Below, in pieces: positions 38,988 to 61,790 of a stretch of 64,000 nucleotides of DNA. Source of the stretch: the human T2T-CHM13v2.0 reference genome, Homo sapiens. The stretch is taken from positions 14,336,001 to 14,400,000 of the forward strand of contig CP086569.2 of NCBI GenBank assembly GCA_009914755.4, read 5' to 3'. Every line of letters begins with the position of its first letter. Within the stretch, counting starts at the first letter, position 1. The notes beneath the pieces were generated by a model. That model was given only the letters and a program-made list of their open reading frames with translations, searched no databases and was not told the origin of the DNA. The position numbers and the translations under genes were made by a program.

Positions 38988-39082
38988 TTAACCAAATTTT
39001 TATCTAAAAGTTTATAAATAAACATTACCAGTAAAAGTCACCTGCTAAAATAAAGCCCATTTAACAAGTGCTAAGAATTTCA

Positions 39083-39378
39083 GGCCGGGTGCGGTGGCTC
39101 ACGCCTGTAATCCCAGCACTTTGGGAGGCTGAGGCGGGCGGATCAAGAGGTCACGAGATTGAGAACATCCTGGCTAACACTGTGAAACCCGGTATCTACT
39201 AAAAATATATAAAAAAAAATTAGCCAGGCGTGGTGGCAGGCACTTGTAGTCCCAGCTACTCAGGAGGCTGAGGCAGGAGAATGGCATGAACCTGTGAGGC
39301 GGAGCTTGCAGTGAGCCGAGATGGCGCCAGTGCACTCCAGCGTGGGTGACAGTGAGACTCCATCTCAAAAAAAAAAAG
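39083..39378 (+). mobile_element. Alu SINE, AluY-like (young)
   Basis: GGCCGGGTGCGGTGGCTCACGCCTGTAATCCCAGCACTTTGGGAGGCTGAGGCGGGCGGATCAAGAGGTCACGAGATTGAGAACATCCTGGCTAACAC… close to AluY consensus. Confidence 0.85.
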
Positions 39379-39883
39379 AATCCCATTTATCATTCATTGA
39401 CTTCCTCTGCTACTATTCCCCAACCTACTACATTATTAGGAGGAAGAAGTTAGAGAAACTTAAATAAATCTGTTACTATAAACCATTTTTAAATGGCAAA
39501 GTTCCAGCTGAAACATTAATACCCCATAGAGCATGCTACGTCAAATTAAAAGTACATTTCATTAGTAAACACTGGCTTAACCTAACAAAAAATGAGGTAC
39601 ATCAGATACTCTACTGCTAAAGCACACAAGTAGTATACCCCCACCAACTCTTCCCTCTAATCCTAAAATAGTCAACTGTTCTTTCTACTACCCATATTTG
39701 CTGGAAAATATATCTACCTACTCTCTACAATATGTTTACTTATATCCAAAAGTTATAAAATATTCTTTGGTATGAGAATATTGGTGTGAAGGAAAAATGT
39801 TCTAATTTCCTAAATAAATAATGCTCTTGGTCAGTGGCTTGGTACTATGAAAAGTACACAATTTTTACAGTTATCTTAAGTAA

Positions 39884-40210
<327 letters not shown>

Positions 40211-40690
40211 TGAGAAGAAAAATCATTTGACTGAATGAAAAAAATCTGCTGTATAGAAGGCTCAAACTCAAGAGATGTATTCCTTTATTCCTTTAGAGTA
40301 ACACACTGCTACAGATTCCTTTAGAATAACACACTGTATTCTAACCTGTATTCCTTCAGAATAACACACTGCTACAGATCAGACTTGCAATATTTTCTAA
40401 CTATAATGAAAAATTTTAAAGAAAATCGAGAAATCAAATGAGGAAATACTGTTTTCCTGATCTTTCCAAAATGTCCACGTTTGTATAATATAGACAAAGA
40501 TGACAAACGTATTGTCTTTCTACTGTTAACATTTTTAAAAACTTGATTTTCACAAGGGCAAGCAAAATAGCAATACAAGTGTAGGATATTATACGTTTTA
40601 CTCAATAATCTAATTGACGGCATATTTACATGAAATCACATAAAATTTTCACATCTCTATTTAGTCTAAATTCTTTCTCATTGATTACTA

Positions 40691-40918
<228 letters not shown>

Positions 40919-42261
40919 CTAGAAATAAAAATTATAAACATTAAGAAAAAGGCATGTCCTTCCTGGAAGAATACATACATCTGCACGAGATTCTTAAAGA
41001 AATCAAAGCAACCATAAATGTATGTCATTTCTTCCATAGGCATAGGATTAAATTCGGCATTTCAGAGAGGAAATAACTTCTCTTTAAGAATTTACTAATG
41101 AAGAAATTAGATCCCAAGGATTCTTGGTGAATTTTGAAGTCTTCAGCAGTATACCCATATTAAAAGGAGATGACAGAAGCCAAAGTAATGATGGGCTGAC
41201 AGGACGACTAGATCAGTTTCATTAAAAAGGGCTAACTTGAAGATATATCTTTTGACACCAGCTGTTTAGAGGATCTGAAGTGACCTTGCTGGACAGTGGA
41301 AGTAATCACAACATGGAACTCCTTGAATAAAAATTTACTGACTTTAAAAATAATAATAATAATTATAATAGTAATTCACTAATGAAGCCAACAGTCATGA
41401 TCTAAGTACTTTTCCATCTTGAAAAGATCATATGCTCAATAAAATAAACTAGGAGCTCATTAATAACTTTATATAAAAGTTACATATCTAAATTCTTATT
41501 ATAATCCTTATTTCTACAACAAAACTACTCTCAAATTAAGCATTGGAGGAACATTACTGACTCTGGTAGCCATTAGCCACATGAAATTTTTAAACATTTG
41601 GAATGTGGAGAGCACAAACTGAGATGTGCTGTGTTTCAAAGATTTCACACAAACTTTGGTGGGGGAGTGGTTACGGGTTCCGATCAAATCTTTGAACTTT
41701 CAGGAGTATGCAGAAGGGAAAAACTGAATGAAAACATTACTAAAACATCAGAAAGAACAGTCTTCTGGAATTTTGCTGCAAATAGAGTTGTTACTAACCA
41801 CAGATCTTGAAAAACTTAACTTCTTCTAACTACAGTCTTAACATGCAAACAGCTTGTTATTTGCAAAGGAAAAGATGCTCAGTATTTTCAAGAATAAATG
41901 AATTACTTGTAATGCAGAACAAAATGAATAAATCTGAAAGTAAGCTGAAGGAAAGGAGCAAGGCTAAAGCATAGTATATTTTTCACAATCCCACTTACAT
42001 AATATTCTAGAAATGTAAACCATCTTTAGTGTCAGAAAGCAGATCAGTGATTACTTATAATTCCTGCCTCCTCTTTCTGAATTACTAAACCACTGCCTGA
42101 GTTTACTTGTACTAAGCCCCTACTGTGACAGACCCAATACGAAGTACTTTACATAAATGTTCTTCCTTACACAAAATGCAGTATCCGGAAAACAGGACTT
42201 CAAGTAATGGCAGCATGAAAACGATAGTGAATGCACTCTACAAAAAAGAAGGGGTAATCGC

Positions 42262-42564
<303 letters not shown>

Positions 42565-42934
42565 TTATTTTTTAACATTGTGCTAACATTCACAGCAGCA
42601 AAGAGTTTCACAGTTTAGTCCACAAGTACCCTCCACTCTATGCAAATTTTCTTAAAATACATATCTAAAATGTCTAATTCTCCACCAAACATTACTAGAC
42701 CTGAAAACAAACAGGTAAGTGTAACCCTATTATAATAAGTCACTTTTTTCAATCAACAAAAACTTACCCAAATAAATTTATATATTGTATTCAGCAGGAA
42801 CTTCAAAGTAGTTATTACAAATATACTTAATGAATTAAACAGTGGGCAAATACAGGTGATTGAGGTTGCAGTAAGCTGTCATCATGCCACTGCACTCTAC
42901 CCTGGGTGACACAGCAAGACTTGAAAAAAAAGAA

Positions 42935-43665
42935 AAAGTGGGCAAAGGACAAGAACAGATCAAAAGAAGACACATAATAGTCAAAAAGCACATTTAAAAA
43001 ATGTTCAACATCACTAATCACCAGAGAACTGCAAATCAAAACCACAATGAGATATCATCTTAACACTAGACAGAATGTCTATCATTAAAAAGATAAAAAA
43101 AAAAAAGAGATATTGGCAGGGATACAGACAAAAGGAATCTCTTATACACTTTCATAGAGTATTAGCACACTCTGAAAAACAGTATGGAGATTTCTCAAAC
43201 TACTAAAAACAAAACTACCATTCAATCCAACAATCCCATTACACGGTATATACCCAAAGAATAAGAAATCATTATATCAAAATGATAACTGCATTTGTAT
43301 GTTTACTGCAGCTCTCCTCACAATAGCAAAGATAGGTAATTACTCCAATGTCCACCAATGGATAACTGGATAAAGAAAAAGCGGCATATATAAAATTAAA
43401 TACTATTTGGCAATTAAAAGAATGAAAATATGTCTTATGCAACAACAAGATGGAACTGAAGGTGATTATCTTAAGTGAAACAACTCAGAAACTGAAAACC
43501 AACACTAAATATTTAATACATCAATATAAAAGATCAAATCCAAAAAAAGAAAACATTGAACAAAAACAGAGCTTCAGAAACATTTTGAGATCATGCCAGG
43601 TGTTACAATCTTAATATAACTGGAATCCAAATGAAAAAATGGGAGAATAAAATAACTATCCTCCA
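42935..43665 (+). mobile_element. Ancient L1 (L1M-type) ORF2 C-terminal / 3' end, sense, preceded by an Alu 3' fragment (42851-42935)
   Basis: …AATCACCAGAGAACTGCAAATCAAAACCACAATGAGATATCATCTTAACACTAGACAGAATG…CACAATAGCAAAGATAGGTAATTACTCCAATGTCCACCAATGGATAACTGGATAAAGAAAAAGCGGCATATAT…. Confidence 0.65.
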
Positions 43666-43666
43666 G

Positions 43667-44054
<388 letters not shown>

Positions 44055-44657
44055 CTATTAAAAAGGAGAATCATATTCCCAGATAAACAAAGGCAAAGAA
44101 CTAACTGACGATAGACATACTTTACCAGAAAGAAGTATTGTTTCACGCAGGAAAAAATTAAAATAGCAGGCAGTAATGTGAATTCCCAAGGCAATAACAT
44201 GGTTGTGGGATGAGCAAGGAGTGCTGGGCCAACTGCTAAGTTTGTACCTAAGGGATACACCCCCTGAAAACTGCTAATCTGTTTTTGTATCTCTCTGGAT
44301 TTGCAATTTTCGAGAAAGTAAGACTTCCTTGAAAAACAAACCTGAGGGCGTTCATCACCACTACACCTACCTTGTAAGAAATGCTGAAGTAGTCCCACAG
44401 GTTAAAGAAAAATGATGTTAATCAGCACACAAAACCATTTGAAAATACAAAATAAAGGTAAACATATAGACAAATATAGTAACCTATAATATTATAATGC
44501 AGATGAAAAAATAATGAATAAATCTGGTATCTAATTTTTTAAGGCATAAAAAAATTCTAAAAAATACATTAATGGATCCCTAAAGGACAGATATAAAGAG
44601 CAGTTTTTATATGCAACTGAAATTTAGTTCTTGTCAGTTGACAAAAGATGATTACTG

Positions 44658-44955
44658 GCCGGGTGTGGTGGCTCATGCCTGTAATCCCAGCACTTTAGGA
44701 GGCCAAGGCAGGCAGATCACCTAGGTCAGGAGTTGGAGACCAGCCTGGGCAACATGGTAAAAGCCTGTCTCTACTAAAAAAATACAAAAACAGCTATGTG
44801 TGGTGGCAGGTACGTGAAATCTCAGCTACTTGGGAGGCTGAGGCAGCTTGAACCTGGGACGTGGAGGTTGCAGTGGGCTGACATAGCACCACTGAACTTC
44901 AGCATGGGCAACAGAAGGAAACTGCATCTCAAAAAGAAAAAAAAACAAAGATAGT
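44658..44955 (+). mobile_element. Alu SINE
   Basis: GGCCGGGTGTGGTGGCTCATGCCTGTAATCCCAGCACTTTAGGAGGCCAAGGCAGGCAGATCACCTAGGTCAGGAGTTGGAGACC…. Confidence 0.85.
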
Positions 44956-45400
44956 TTTATAACTTTATGAAGCTTTATGTTACTGCCATGGTAACTACAA
45001 AGAAAACATATAGGACATATGTACAAAGTGAAATGAAAAGAGAATTAAAATTTGTCACTACAAAAAAATCCAATGAAACACAAAGGAAGGCAGAAAGAGA
45101 GGAAAAGAGAAATAAAAAGGGTACAACATAGAAAACAAGGTAAACTTTTAGACAATTATAGTAACCTATATTTTAAGGCATAAAAATGAAATGAAACAAA
45201 GAAAATGGAAGTAGTAAGTCCTTTCTTGTCAGTAAAGAGAAACAGGTAATGCACCAATCATAATACACAGAGGGAATAACTGGATTTAAAAAAACAAGAT
45301 ACAACTACACATTGCCTAAAAGACATTCACTTTAGACCTAAGGACACGCACAGGCCAAAAGTGTAAAAATGAGAAAAGATCTGTATTCTATTCTCTGAAG
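44955..45400 (+). mobile_element. Ancient L1 fragment (ORF1/ORF2-start region), sense; followed by an antisense Alu left-arm fragment 45412-45596
   Basis: …GGATTTAAAAAAACAAGATACAACTACACATTGCCTAAAAGACATTCACTTTAGACCTAAGGACACGCACAGGC… (L1 ORF2 start motif); 45412-45596 is the reverse complement of GGCCTGGCGTGGTGACTCTTGCCTGTAATCCCAGCCGTTTCGGAGATGGAGG…. Confidence 0.5.
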
Positions 45401-46433
45401 AGGGCAAGAGTGTCCATCCTGGGACTATAGGTGCAGATCACCATGTCTAGCTAATTTCTTAGTTTTTTGTAGAGATGGAGTTTTGCCATGTTGCCCAGGC
45501 TAGTCTTGAACTTCTGGACTCAACTGATGCATCAGCCTCCATCTCCGAAACGGCTGGGATTACAGGCAAGAGTCACCACGCCAGGCCAAGTAAAGCTTAT
45601 AACAAAATGAGATCAGCGAGTAAAAGAATAGCAAAGTACATTACTTTAAACATCTGCTAAAGCTAAAGTCTGATTTTAAATCTGAATTCTAAATAAAATT
45701 ACAAGATGCACTGCTGTGGTATGAATCAAATAATCTCCAAGTAACAACTCTGTCCTATTAAGAAACAGCAATGCAAACTTTTATTTTCATAAGCTAACCT
45801 TTACTGTGAACTTTTAAAGCCCTTCACACATTTATTCTACACTCATGTTCCGGTGTTAGTCATCCTACCACTTAAAGGACTATTTGTTCAATCTAAACTG
45901 AGAGAGGTCTTACTTCAATACGACCTTCATAAAAGTTTTCCATTCATGGCACTCTCAAGTTTGTTCTGCTCTGAGTTGCAGCAGCAATTTATAAGCCAAT
46001 CATGTGAAGATTCAAAGCAAGTTCATAAAATATGCCAGTCATTTTATGACAGCCATTGACTAATTTACAAAATATGTAGGTTTAGGTCTTAATTTGTTGA
46101 ATGAAACAATCTTATATTCTTTAAAATACAAATTAGCTCTCTAGACAGCTCATTAAAATGGGATCATTCGTTAGCATCACAGTAAGTTGCAGTGCAAAAA
46201 TAACCTTCAAAACTAAAAATCAATCTATGTCAGAACAGATGTATAATACTGTGGTTGGAAAGCACTAAAATTTAATTTTGGCTTACAGCATTATGCCTAT
46301 AAATAAATTTTGCCACCTGAGTCACAGACAAAACAGGCAAAACAATCTTATTTGGCAATTTAAATAATATCAAATGTTCCCTAGTTATTTCAATTTGACT
46401 CTTTTAAAAGCTAGCTAGTTAGTAATAAAAGTA

Positions 46434-46796
<363 letters not shown>

Positions 46797-49700
46797 TCAA
46801 AATATTTTCTATAATTGCTTCAGATATGTATGTCCAACGTTGTACCCAAATTTTCTATTAGCATTCTTACATAATGCCTACTTAATACTTTGTCCAGTAA
46901 TACGTAAACAATAACAACTCTAATTGTTTGGAAGACAACATCCAAACTGTTCCTGATACACCAAATTAAAGACCTAATTCTAAATAACAAAACATGACAT
47001 TATTTCTATAGTTGCTTTTTTAACTCAAAACACTATTTTTACAACTGGAAATGAAGTTCTACAGGTTACAGGTTAGCAAACAAAACGCATATAACGCAAG
47101 ATCTTAAATATCACCTTTCAAATATTACAGTATAAAAAACCACTCAAAGCATTTTAATAGGCGTTTCTCCTGTTAATGCCTCTAGCATTATATTGAAGGC
47201 ATACTGTAATAGTAATATTCTATTTGACAGAGTGAAACTCTATCATAATACAAACAAAATCAACCTAAAACGTTTTCCAACATGAAATAAAAGTTACTAT
47301 TGCTAAAATCTGTTTTTCACTTAATTGAACTGCGTATTATTTAAATACGAGCAAGTTATTAAGCTTCAACCAAAAAGTTTTTGCTGAAAAGTATTTACAC
47401 TAATTCAGATGACAATCTTATAAAAATTAATAAAAATCTTATAAAACATAAGTTACAGAATTTTAAGGAAATCTATTGTTACAACCATCCTAATGGTTTG
47501 ATATGCGGGTTCACGTATGAGGTCAAAAAAAAAAAAAATCAGAGAAACTAGTCGTTGGGATAGAGCATCCTCAATGTCCAGAAAACTTGACAGGGAAAAA
47601 AGCATATTTATAACAATATTTTAAACCTTTAGAAGCTTGTAAAACAATACTGACATTAGTAAAATCTATAAATAAAACTTTCATAGAAAACATAAATACG
47701 AATAAAAACTGAAATATCAGTGAAATAGATCATTCTAAGAACTTTTTTAAAAAACAGTGATATATGCAAAGCTCTGTGAGAAAGGGAAAAAATACTTTAT
47801 TATACATACTGTAGAATAATTTGTCTTGGAGAACAGGTACTATGGTTTGAATATGTCCCCCAAAGTTCATGCATTGAAAACATAATCCTCAATGCAACAG
47901 TGTTGTGAAATGATGTCTTTAAGATTTGACAACATCATAAGCAGGCTGCTCTCATGGATGGGTTAATGTCATAGTGAGGATAGGTTCATTACAGAGAGTT
48001 AGGCATCCCCCATCTCTTGCACTGTGATATACTTTCTTGCCCTTCCACCTTCTCCAAAGAATGATGCAGCACTAAAGCCCTCATGAAACGCAGCCCCTTG
48101 ATCCTGGACTTCCCAGCCTTCAGAATCCTGAGCCAAATGAAGTGAAATTGAGTTAATATTTTTTTCATTTCAAAAAAGTCACTGCAGTTTAATATACGGC
48201 ATTACTCAGTGTTTTATGAAGCTACAGTTCTCCCCAAACATAATGAAACCACTTTCTCATATTTAAAATGTTACTGTAATCAAAATTGGAAAGGATCAAT
48301 ATGTGAAAAAAAAATTCCTTAAAATTTAAACCCCATATTGTCTATCTGAAAAGTTCATTCCAAACTAAAATGTTAACCACAACCCACTGAGAATTTATCC
48401 TAACTCCAGCATATGAAGATTTAAAGTTCTCAACCAGTATTTTCCCACATTATCCCAGAAAACATCAAATTACTTTTATTTCATTATCATAACTATTTTA
48501 AACATTAAGGCAGATCGAGTCACTGTTGCTTAAATCGTATCATTGATACTATAACATGTTTTTCATAAAGCTATTTTCACTTGCATAATCAAAGTTTAAC
48601 TCATGTTTCATTTATCAGTCAAATAAAGTGGATTTACTAACTATATATATACACATTATACATACATATATATATTACATTTTAGTTTTCTGATCAGTAT
48701 TTGCCCCCAAAACAAACATACAAAGGAGATTATAGGTAAAAGAACTCAGCGTCTGTACTGAATTAAACTACAAAGTAAAACGTCTTGGTAAGTAAAATGT
48801 TCATCCTGAGAAAATAATTAGTATTTCCTTGTCAAATACAATAATAAACTGAAATTCTTAACTACTGGCTTCAGCATCTAAAAGATGGCGCGATTGTTGT
48901 ACCGTTCTTATTTCACGGGACCAATTGACAACATACAAATACTTTAACAAGATTTTGGTGAGAGGGTAAAAAACGATACACACAGGAATATTCCAGGGCC
49001 AAGTTACGCAACAATTCACGTGGGAGTAACTAAACATGCTGCAATTAATAAGCACATATAGGTTTAAAAATGCTGCTGTCAATGTTGGAGATAACGCAAG
49101 AATTCTACTTTTAAATAATAATAATTTTTAATAAGCAACATGAAGCTACGGCAGCGCTCTTTACGGTCTATTCCTTGCTAAGGTTTCCGGGTTAATACCT
49201 CCACCCTCTTCCCAAGCTTCCCCCTTTATTGCTCCTCCCCCTTTTTACCCGCCATCTTGGCTGATAGGAGCAGCCATTAACTAAACGACAGTGCCAACTT
49301 TTCACACAAACAACAAATTCTTCCCACTGTGAGCATGACACCTAAGAAACAAGGTTCCTGAATGGAAAAAGCACACACATTCATGAAATCACATTTGCAG
49401 CACTGTGCATCCTAAAAAAGTCAACAAATCACTAAACTTCAGGCTAAACATACACGCATCAGTTTATAGGTCAAATATCTACTGCAAACTCTTCACCGCT
49501 GTAACTTACTTGCTACTTACACTTAGGACACCAGGGATATTTTTTTTAAAAAGGCAAAAAAATGTTTAAAATTAGACACCAAGAGCCAAATACCAAAAGG
49601 CGAGGGGAAGAAGCAGGAAGTTATGAATTTTGAAAACTGTACACATTCACTATTTGTGACGCTAAAATTCAGGAACAAAAGGCCCTAAAGTAACAGGCAT

Positions 49701-49942
49701 GTGGTGTAGACCCGGTTTAGCCCGGTCCCAAAGCGTCCGATTTTTTTTTTCCTCAGAGTAGAAGGGAGTCTGGAGCAAGGGGCGAAGTATTCCAGAGTAC
49801 GGGGACAGCAAAGGCAAGAAACACTTTTCCGACCCCTTGGCCATGGAGCAGAGCCAAAATAAATACTGGCTGGGCGGTAAGGAACGCGGGGCCTTGGTAG
49901 AGCAAAGTGCGGACCAAAGACTTTGCGTCTGGTTGCTTTTAC

Positions 49943-50006
49943 CTTGCCTAGTAGGGTCTTCGTTCTGGCGCCATCTTCATGAAGCCTCACGAACCCGAAG
50001 AGACGG
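49943..50006 (-). CDS. UTY: UTY coding exon 2 (64 nt; (S)[21 protein letters not shown])
   Basis: Minus strand tgtctctctctctacag|CCGTCTCTTCGGGTTCGTGAGGCTTCATGAAGATGGCGCCAGAACGAAGACCCTACTAGGCAAG|gtaaaag; completes the split codon from exon 1 (AG|C = Ser). Confidence 0.85.
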
Positions 50007-50202
50007 CTGTAGAGAGAGAGACACAGAGCTTGTTAATGGTCTGAGAAAGCCAGTGACTTGCTCCTTCCCGAGTCCAAGAGCGACAGCGACAGATTGGTGA
50101 GTGCCAAGCTGAGGATGACCCCGTCATCAACGTGGGCAAGCTGCGTCCAGGCCTTCCCGGAGAGTATCGCCAGCCAACCAGGCGGGTGATGGAGGTGCGT
50201 AC

Positions 50203-50354
50203 CTGTCCATGCCACCAAGCGCCTCCCTTTCCTCGACTGTCAGGCTAACAGACTCCTCTTCACTCTCGCGGCTCGCTTTTCCTTCCGCCATTTTCTTTGC
50301 CTCATCACCGAAGGCAACAGCGGCGGTAGTGAGCGACACTGCGCAGGATTTCAT
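50203..50354 (-). CDS. UTY: UTY exon 1 coding part: [50 protein letters not shown] (5' UTR extends upstream, >50354)
   Basis: Reverse complement of 50203-50354 translates exactly to this peptide and ends …ATGGACAG|gtacgc (donor). Second ATG (codon 22) has a strong Kozak context AAAATGG; the peptide matches the UTY N-terminus as recalled and differs from KDM6A ([41 protein letters not shown]…). Confidence 0.85.
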
Positions 50355-50699
50355 GGAAACAACAAATTTCCAAGTCCCACGACGATACCCAACCTTAATC
50401 GAGTAGTTGAAAAGACGCCTTCAATCGCTGCTTGAGACTGTGACGCCAATTTTATCGCCTCCTCAGCGGCTGCAAGGAAAAAAGCTGAGGCAAAGACTTA
50501 AGCTACCGAAGCACGGGCAGCGGAACTCGGCTACCTGGATCACATCTGGGAAACTACAGGGAAGGCAGAAGCTCGCAGTGCTGGAGAGCACAGCAGAATT
50601 TCTTAAAATCACAAACTTTGCCAGCACCAGCACAAAGTTGTAATTGTGTCACGGGCGAACCCCACGCAGCCGCCGCGACCTCCCCGCTCCCAACCACTT

Positions 50700-50800
50700 A
50701 GTTGTAGCCAATCTAGGCGACTGATTCGTCTCACGTGATCTTTGTTGACTTACGTCAGGCATTGCTCCACTGTACTCCTAGGCTGCTGGGACCCCGCCCA
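50700..50800. promoter_or_regulatory. Core-promoter-type motifs 250-450 bp upstream of the UTY start codon: CCAAT (50708-50712), E-box CACGTG (50732-50737), CRE-half ACGTCA (~50753), GC box CCCCGCCC (50792-50799)
   Basis: Motifs read directly; no TATA box seen, typical for a CpG-island promoter. Confidence 0.4.
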
Positions 50801-51801
50801 GCCAGTTCGCCAAGGACCTAGGAACATGACAGAGGCTGACTGATTCTGACCGCTGGTTGGTTGATGGTCACGTCTATGGAGAAAAGGGTAGTCTCTGGGA
50901 TGGAACAACCTGTAGGTTGTGCTAGTTAAATGCATTAAGATAGAAAATGGAGTGTCTGTGCTGGGTGTTTTTGCAGTTGCGATACGCTTGAAGGGGAAGA
51001 GAGCGATGGGAAGGGCGGCATCGGGCATCACCCACGGGGCGCAAATGCGAAAAGAGGACACCATGGACTTTAGGAGAGTCCGTAATGAGGCTCCCACTGT
51101 CACAAGCCTTGCGAATGCGAGACCTTGCGGGGCATGGCAGGGAAGCTGCGCAGGCCCTAAACCTTCACCCTCAAGACTTTTGGCCCTAAGGCCTTGTCAC
51201 CTCCATAGGCTGGTTCTTTGCCCATTTCCTCTCCACTGACCAAGTCTAAAGAGAAGGCATAATATCTTATGACCTCAGTCGGTAAGCCAGGCCCTAGGGA
51301 ATCAACGTGGCAACTGCATTTATCAGTTCATGATATTATCTAAACAACAAACGATGAGCAAAAAAAAAAAAAAAAAAAAAAGTTACTCCACAAACCCAAA
51401 ATGTTTATTTCTATTGTGATAATGATAATTCCGTGAGGTCTCAGTAAGAGTAGGAGCTTCTGTGGACAGGAATTATAAGAACAATAATTAAGACCTTCAT
51501 CACACTTTCAAGATGCAGTAACCCTTAGAAAAGAAAAAAACACCACTTTTTTCTTACTTTCTCAATTGTAACCAAAATTATAAATAATAGGTAAAAGAAT
51601 TTATTTCTGAACCCCAAATATCTGAGAGAGGTCTTAGTCAATTTAAAAAGTTTATTTTGCAAGACTTACCCATGATACATTTGCCCAAGGTGGTCAGGGC
51701 ACAGCTTGCTTTTGTACGTTTTAGGGAAACATGATTGGTTCGGTCAGGTAAGAGGGACAGCTCGAAGCGGGGGCTTCCATGTTAGAAATAGATAAGAGAC
51801 A

Positions 51802-52105
<304 letters not shown>

Positions 52106-53719
52106 ATGTAGATAAGAGACAAGAGTTTGCATGCTTTTGAGTCCTTGATCAGCCTCCTACTGAATACAGAATTTAGTCCGGCTAGTAACTCTGTATTTTT
52201 ACATAAATAAATAATAAGGCAGAGGAAGCAATCAGATATGCAGTTGTCTCTTGTGCGCCTCACAGGGATAACTTTGAGTTGGGTCTGTCCTTTGTCCACA
52301 AGGAATTTCCTTGTGGGCACGTTGTGAGGAACGTATGTAGCTTCTTATCTTTGTACGTATCTTATTTAGGAATAAAATGGGAGGCAAGTTTAGTGACATA
52401 GTTCCCAGCTTGACTTTTCCGTTACTTAGTGATTTTGGGATCCCAAGATTAATTTTTTTTTCTCATATTATATGGCATATGTATGTTGAGGAATTGTGTA
52501 TATTTTTCTATGTAAAGAATCTATAAAAAGTCTCATATATATTAAACGCCTCTGTTGATTACTGTTTTCAAAAGACAAATTGCATAATATTCCATGTATC
52601 AAATAGTTTACTGGTTATACCTCCAGATATTAGATATTACAAAAATGTTAATTATTAATGGCATTAGGGGAAATGTTCCTTTATAAGTGAAGAAATGGTA
52701 TCTTTTTTTAAGTAATAGATTTGCCTCCTCCAAAAATAGGTATTATATATTTAAACTTTGATGTTTAAATGAGAGGACAGTTTAGAACTTCCAGACAAAA
52801 AACTATAACACTAGTGAGAGTTTTGGAAATCCCAGCTGATTTTGCTCAGTAACACGTGTTTTCATTGTTATTTTGAAACTAACAACTAACTCTGATTTTA
52901 TAGATTATAGTCTATCATGTTCTTTACTCATTCCATTTCAGTTGAATCGCTACACCACAGAATATTTTCAGTAGCTGTACTATTGAAAATGTTATATTAA
53001 TTGTCATAAGTATATTAGTAAGTATATTAATTGTCATAGTGGTGGCCATCACACCAAGAGGTTTTTGATAATATGCATACATTTGCACAAGCAGACATTC
53101 AAATAATGTAGAATATGGCCTTTTCCAGGAATAAGGCCTACCTGTCTCACTTGAGGCAGGTAATTATTACAAAGTGATAGAGCAACATAGAGGTGGGACA
53201 GAAATTGCAGTAAAGAATGAATTTGAATTCTGGCTCTGTACAGGCTGTACCTTGGAAAAATTAGCTAATCTCTAACCCAACATTATATATCGAATGTAAA
53301 TACAAAGCTGCATCCATCCTCATACCTTCATATACATTTGGCAGATTATAAATCAGACAGTATATAACATTAAGGCCTTACATTCTATGTAACTTTTTGG
53401 ATCTTACCTGGTTTATAAAATGTAACTACAAAAGATACAAAAATATGTATACTGATAAAAGGCTTATTATTTGTACCCTTTGTAGTGTATAATTTGTCAC
53501 ATGTATGTGAAATGGGTATAAAGCATTCAGATTTAGGTTATTCCCTGAAGAGACTAGACTAATGACTTTATATTATTTTTAAAAAAAAATTTAGTATAAC
53601 AACACATGGAAGGTAGGGTGGTATAGCAAAAGAAGAAGTAACAAAAATGAGCATTAATTATCGGAAAATTAGAGGATATAACCATTTAACCTGATATATG
53701 TGAATGCATGTAGCTTATT

Positions 53720-61790
<8,071 letters not shown>

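Larger units (their letters stand above)
49690..50800. promoter_or_regulatory. UTY: CpG island (~1.1 kb) = promoter / first two exons of the minus-strand gene (UTY)
   Basis: Very high CpG density relative to flanks (…CGACAGCGACAG…, …GTCACGGGCGAACCCCACGCAGCCGCCGCGACCTCCCCGCTCC…); contains coding exons 1 and 2. Confidence 0.85.

Noticed and set aside
49837-50100. 87-aa plus-strand ORF ([14 protein letters not shown]…[13 protein letters not shown]…)
   Set aside because: It has a TTG start and low-complexity Arg/Asp/Glu-rich composition. It is antisense to UTY exon 2 and intron 1. It is more likely a non-coding antisense exon than a protein.
49965-50296. AAGATGGCG (YY1-like) motifs at 49968-49977 and 50286-50296
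   Set aside because: Both fall inside UTY coding sequence (codons E-D-G-A and K-M-A), so they are explained by the protein sequence rather than by regulation.
50407-50643. 78-aa plus-strand ORF ([26 protein letters not shown]…) in the CpG island
   Set aside because: It starts at TTG, not ATG. It lies in the GC-rich UTY 5' UTR/promoter on the opposite strand, where open frames arise by chance. It has no homology and no splice or Kozak support.
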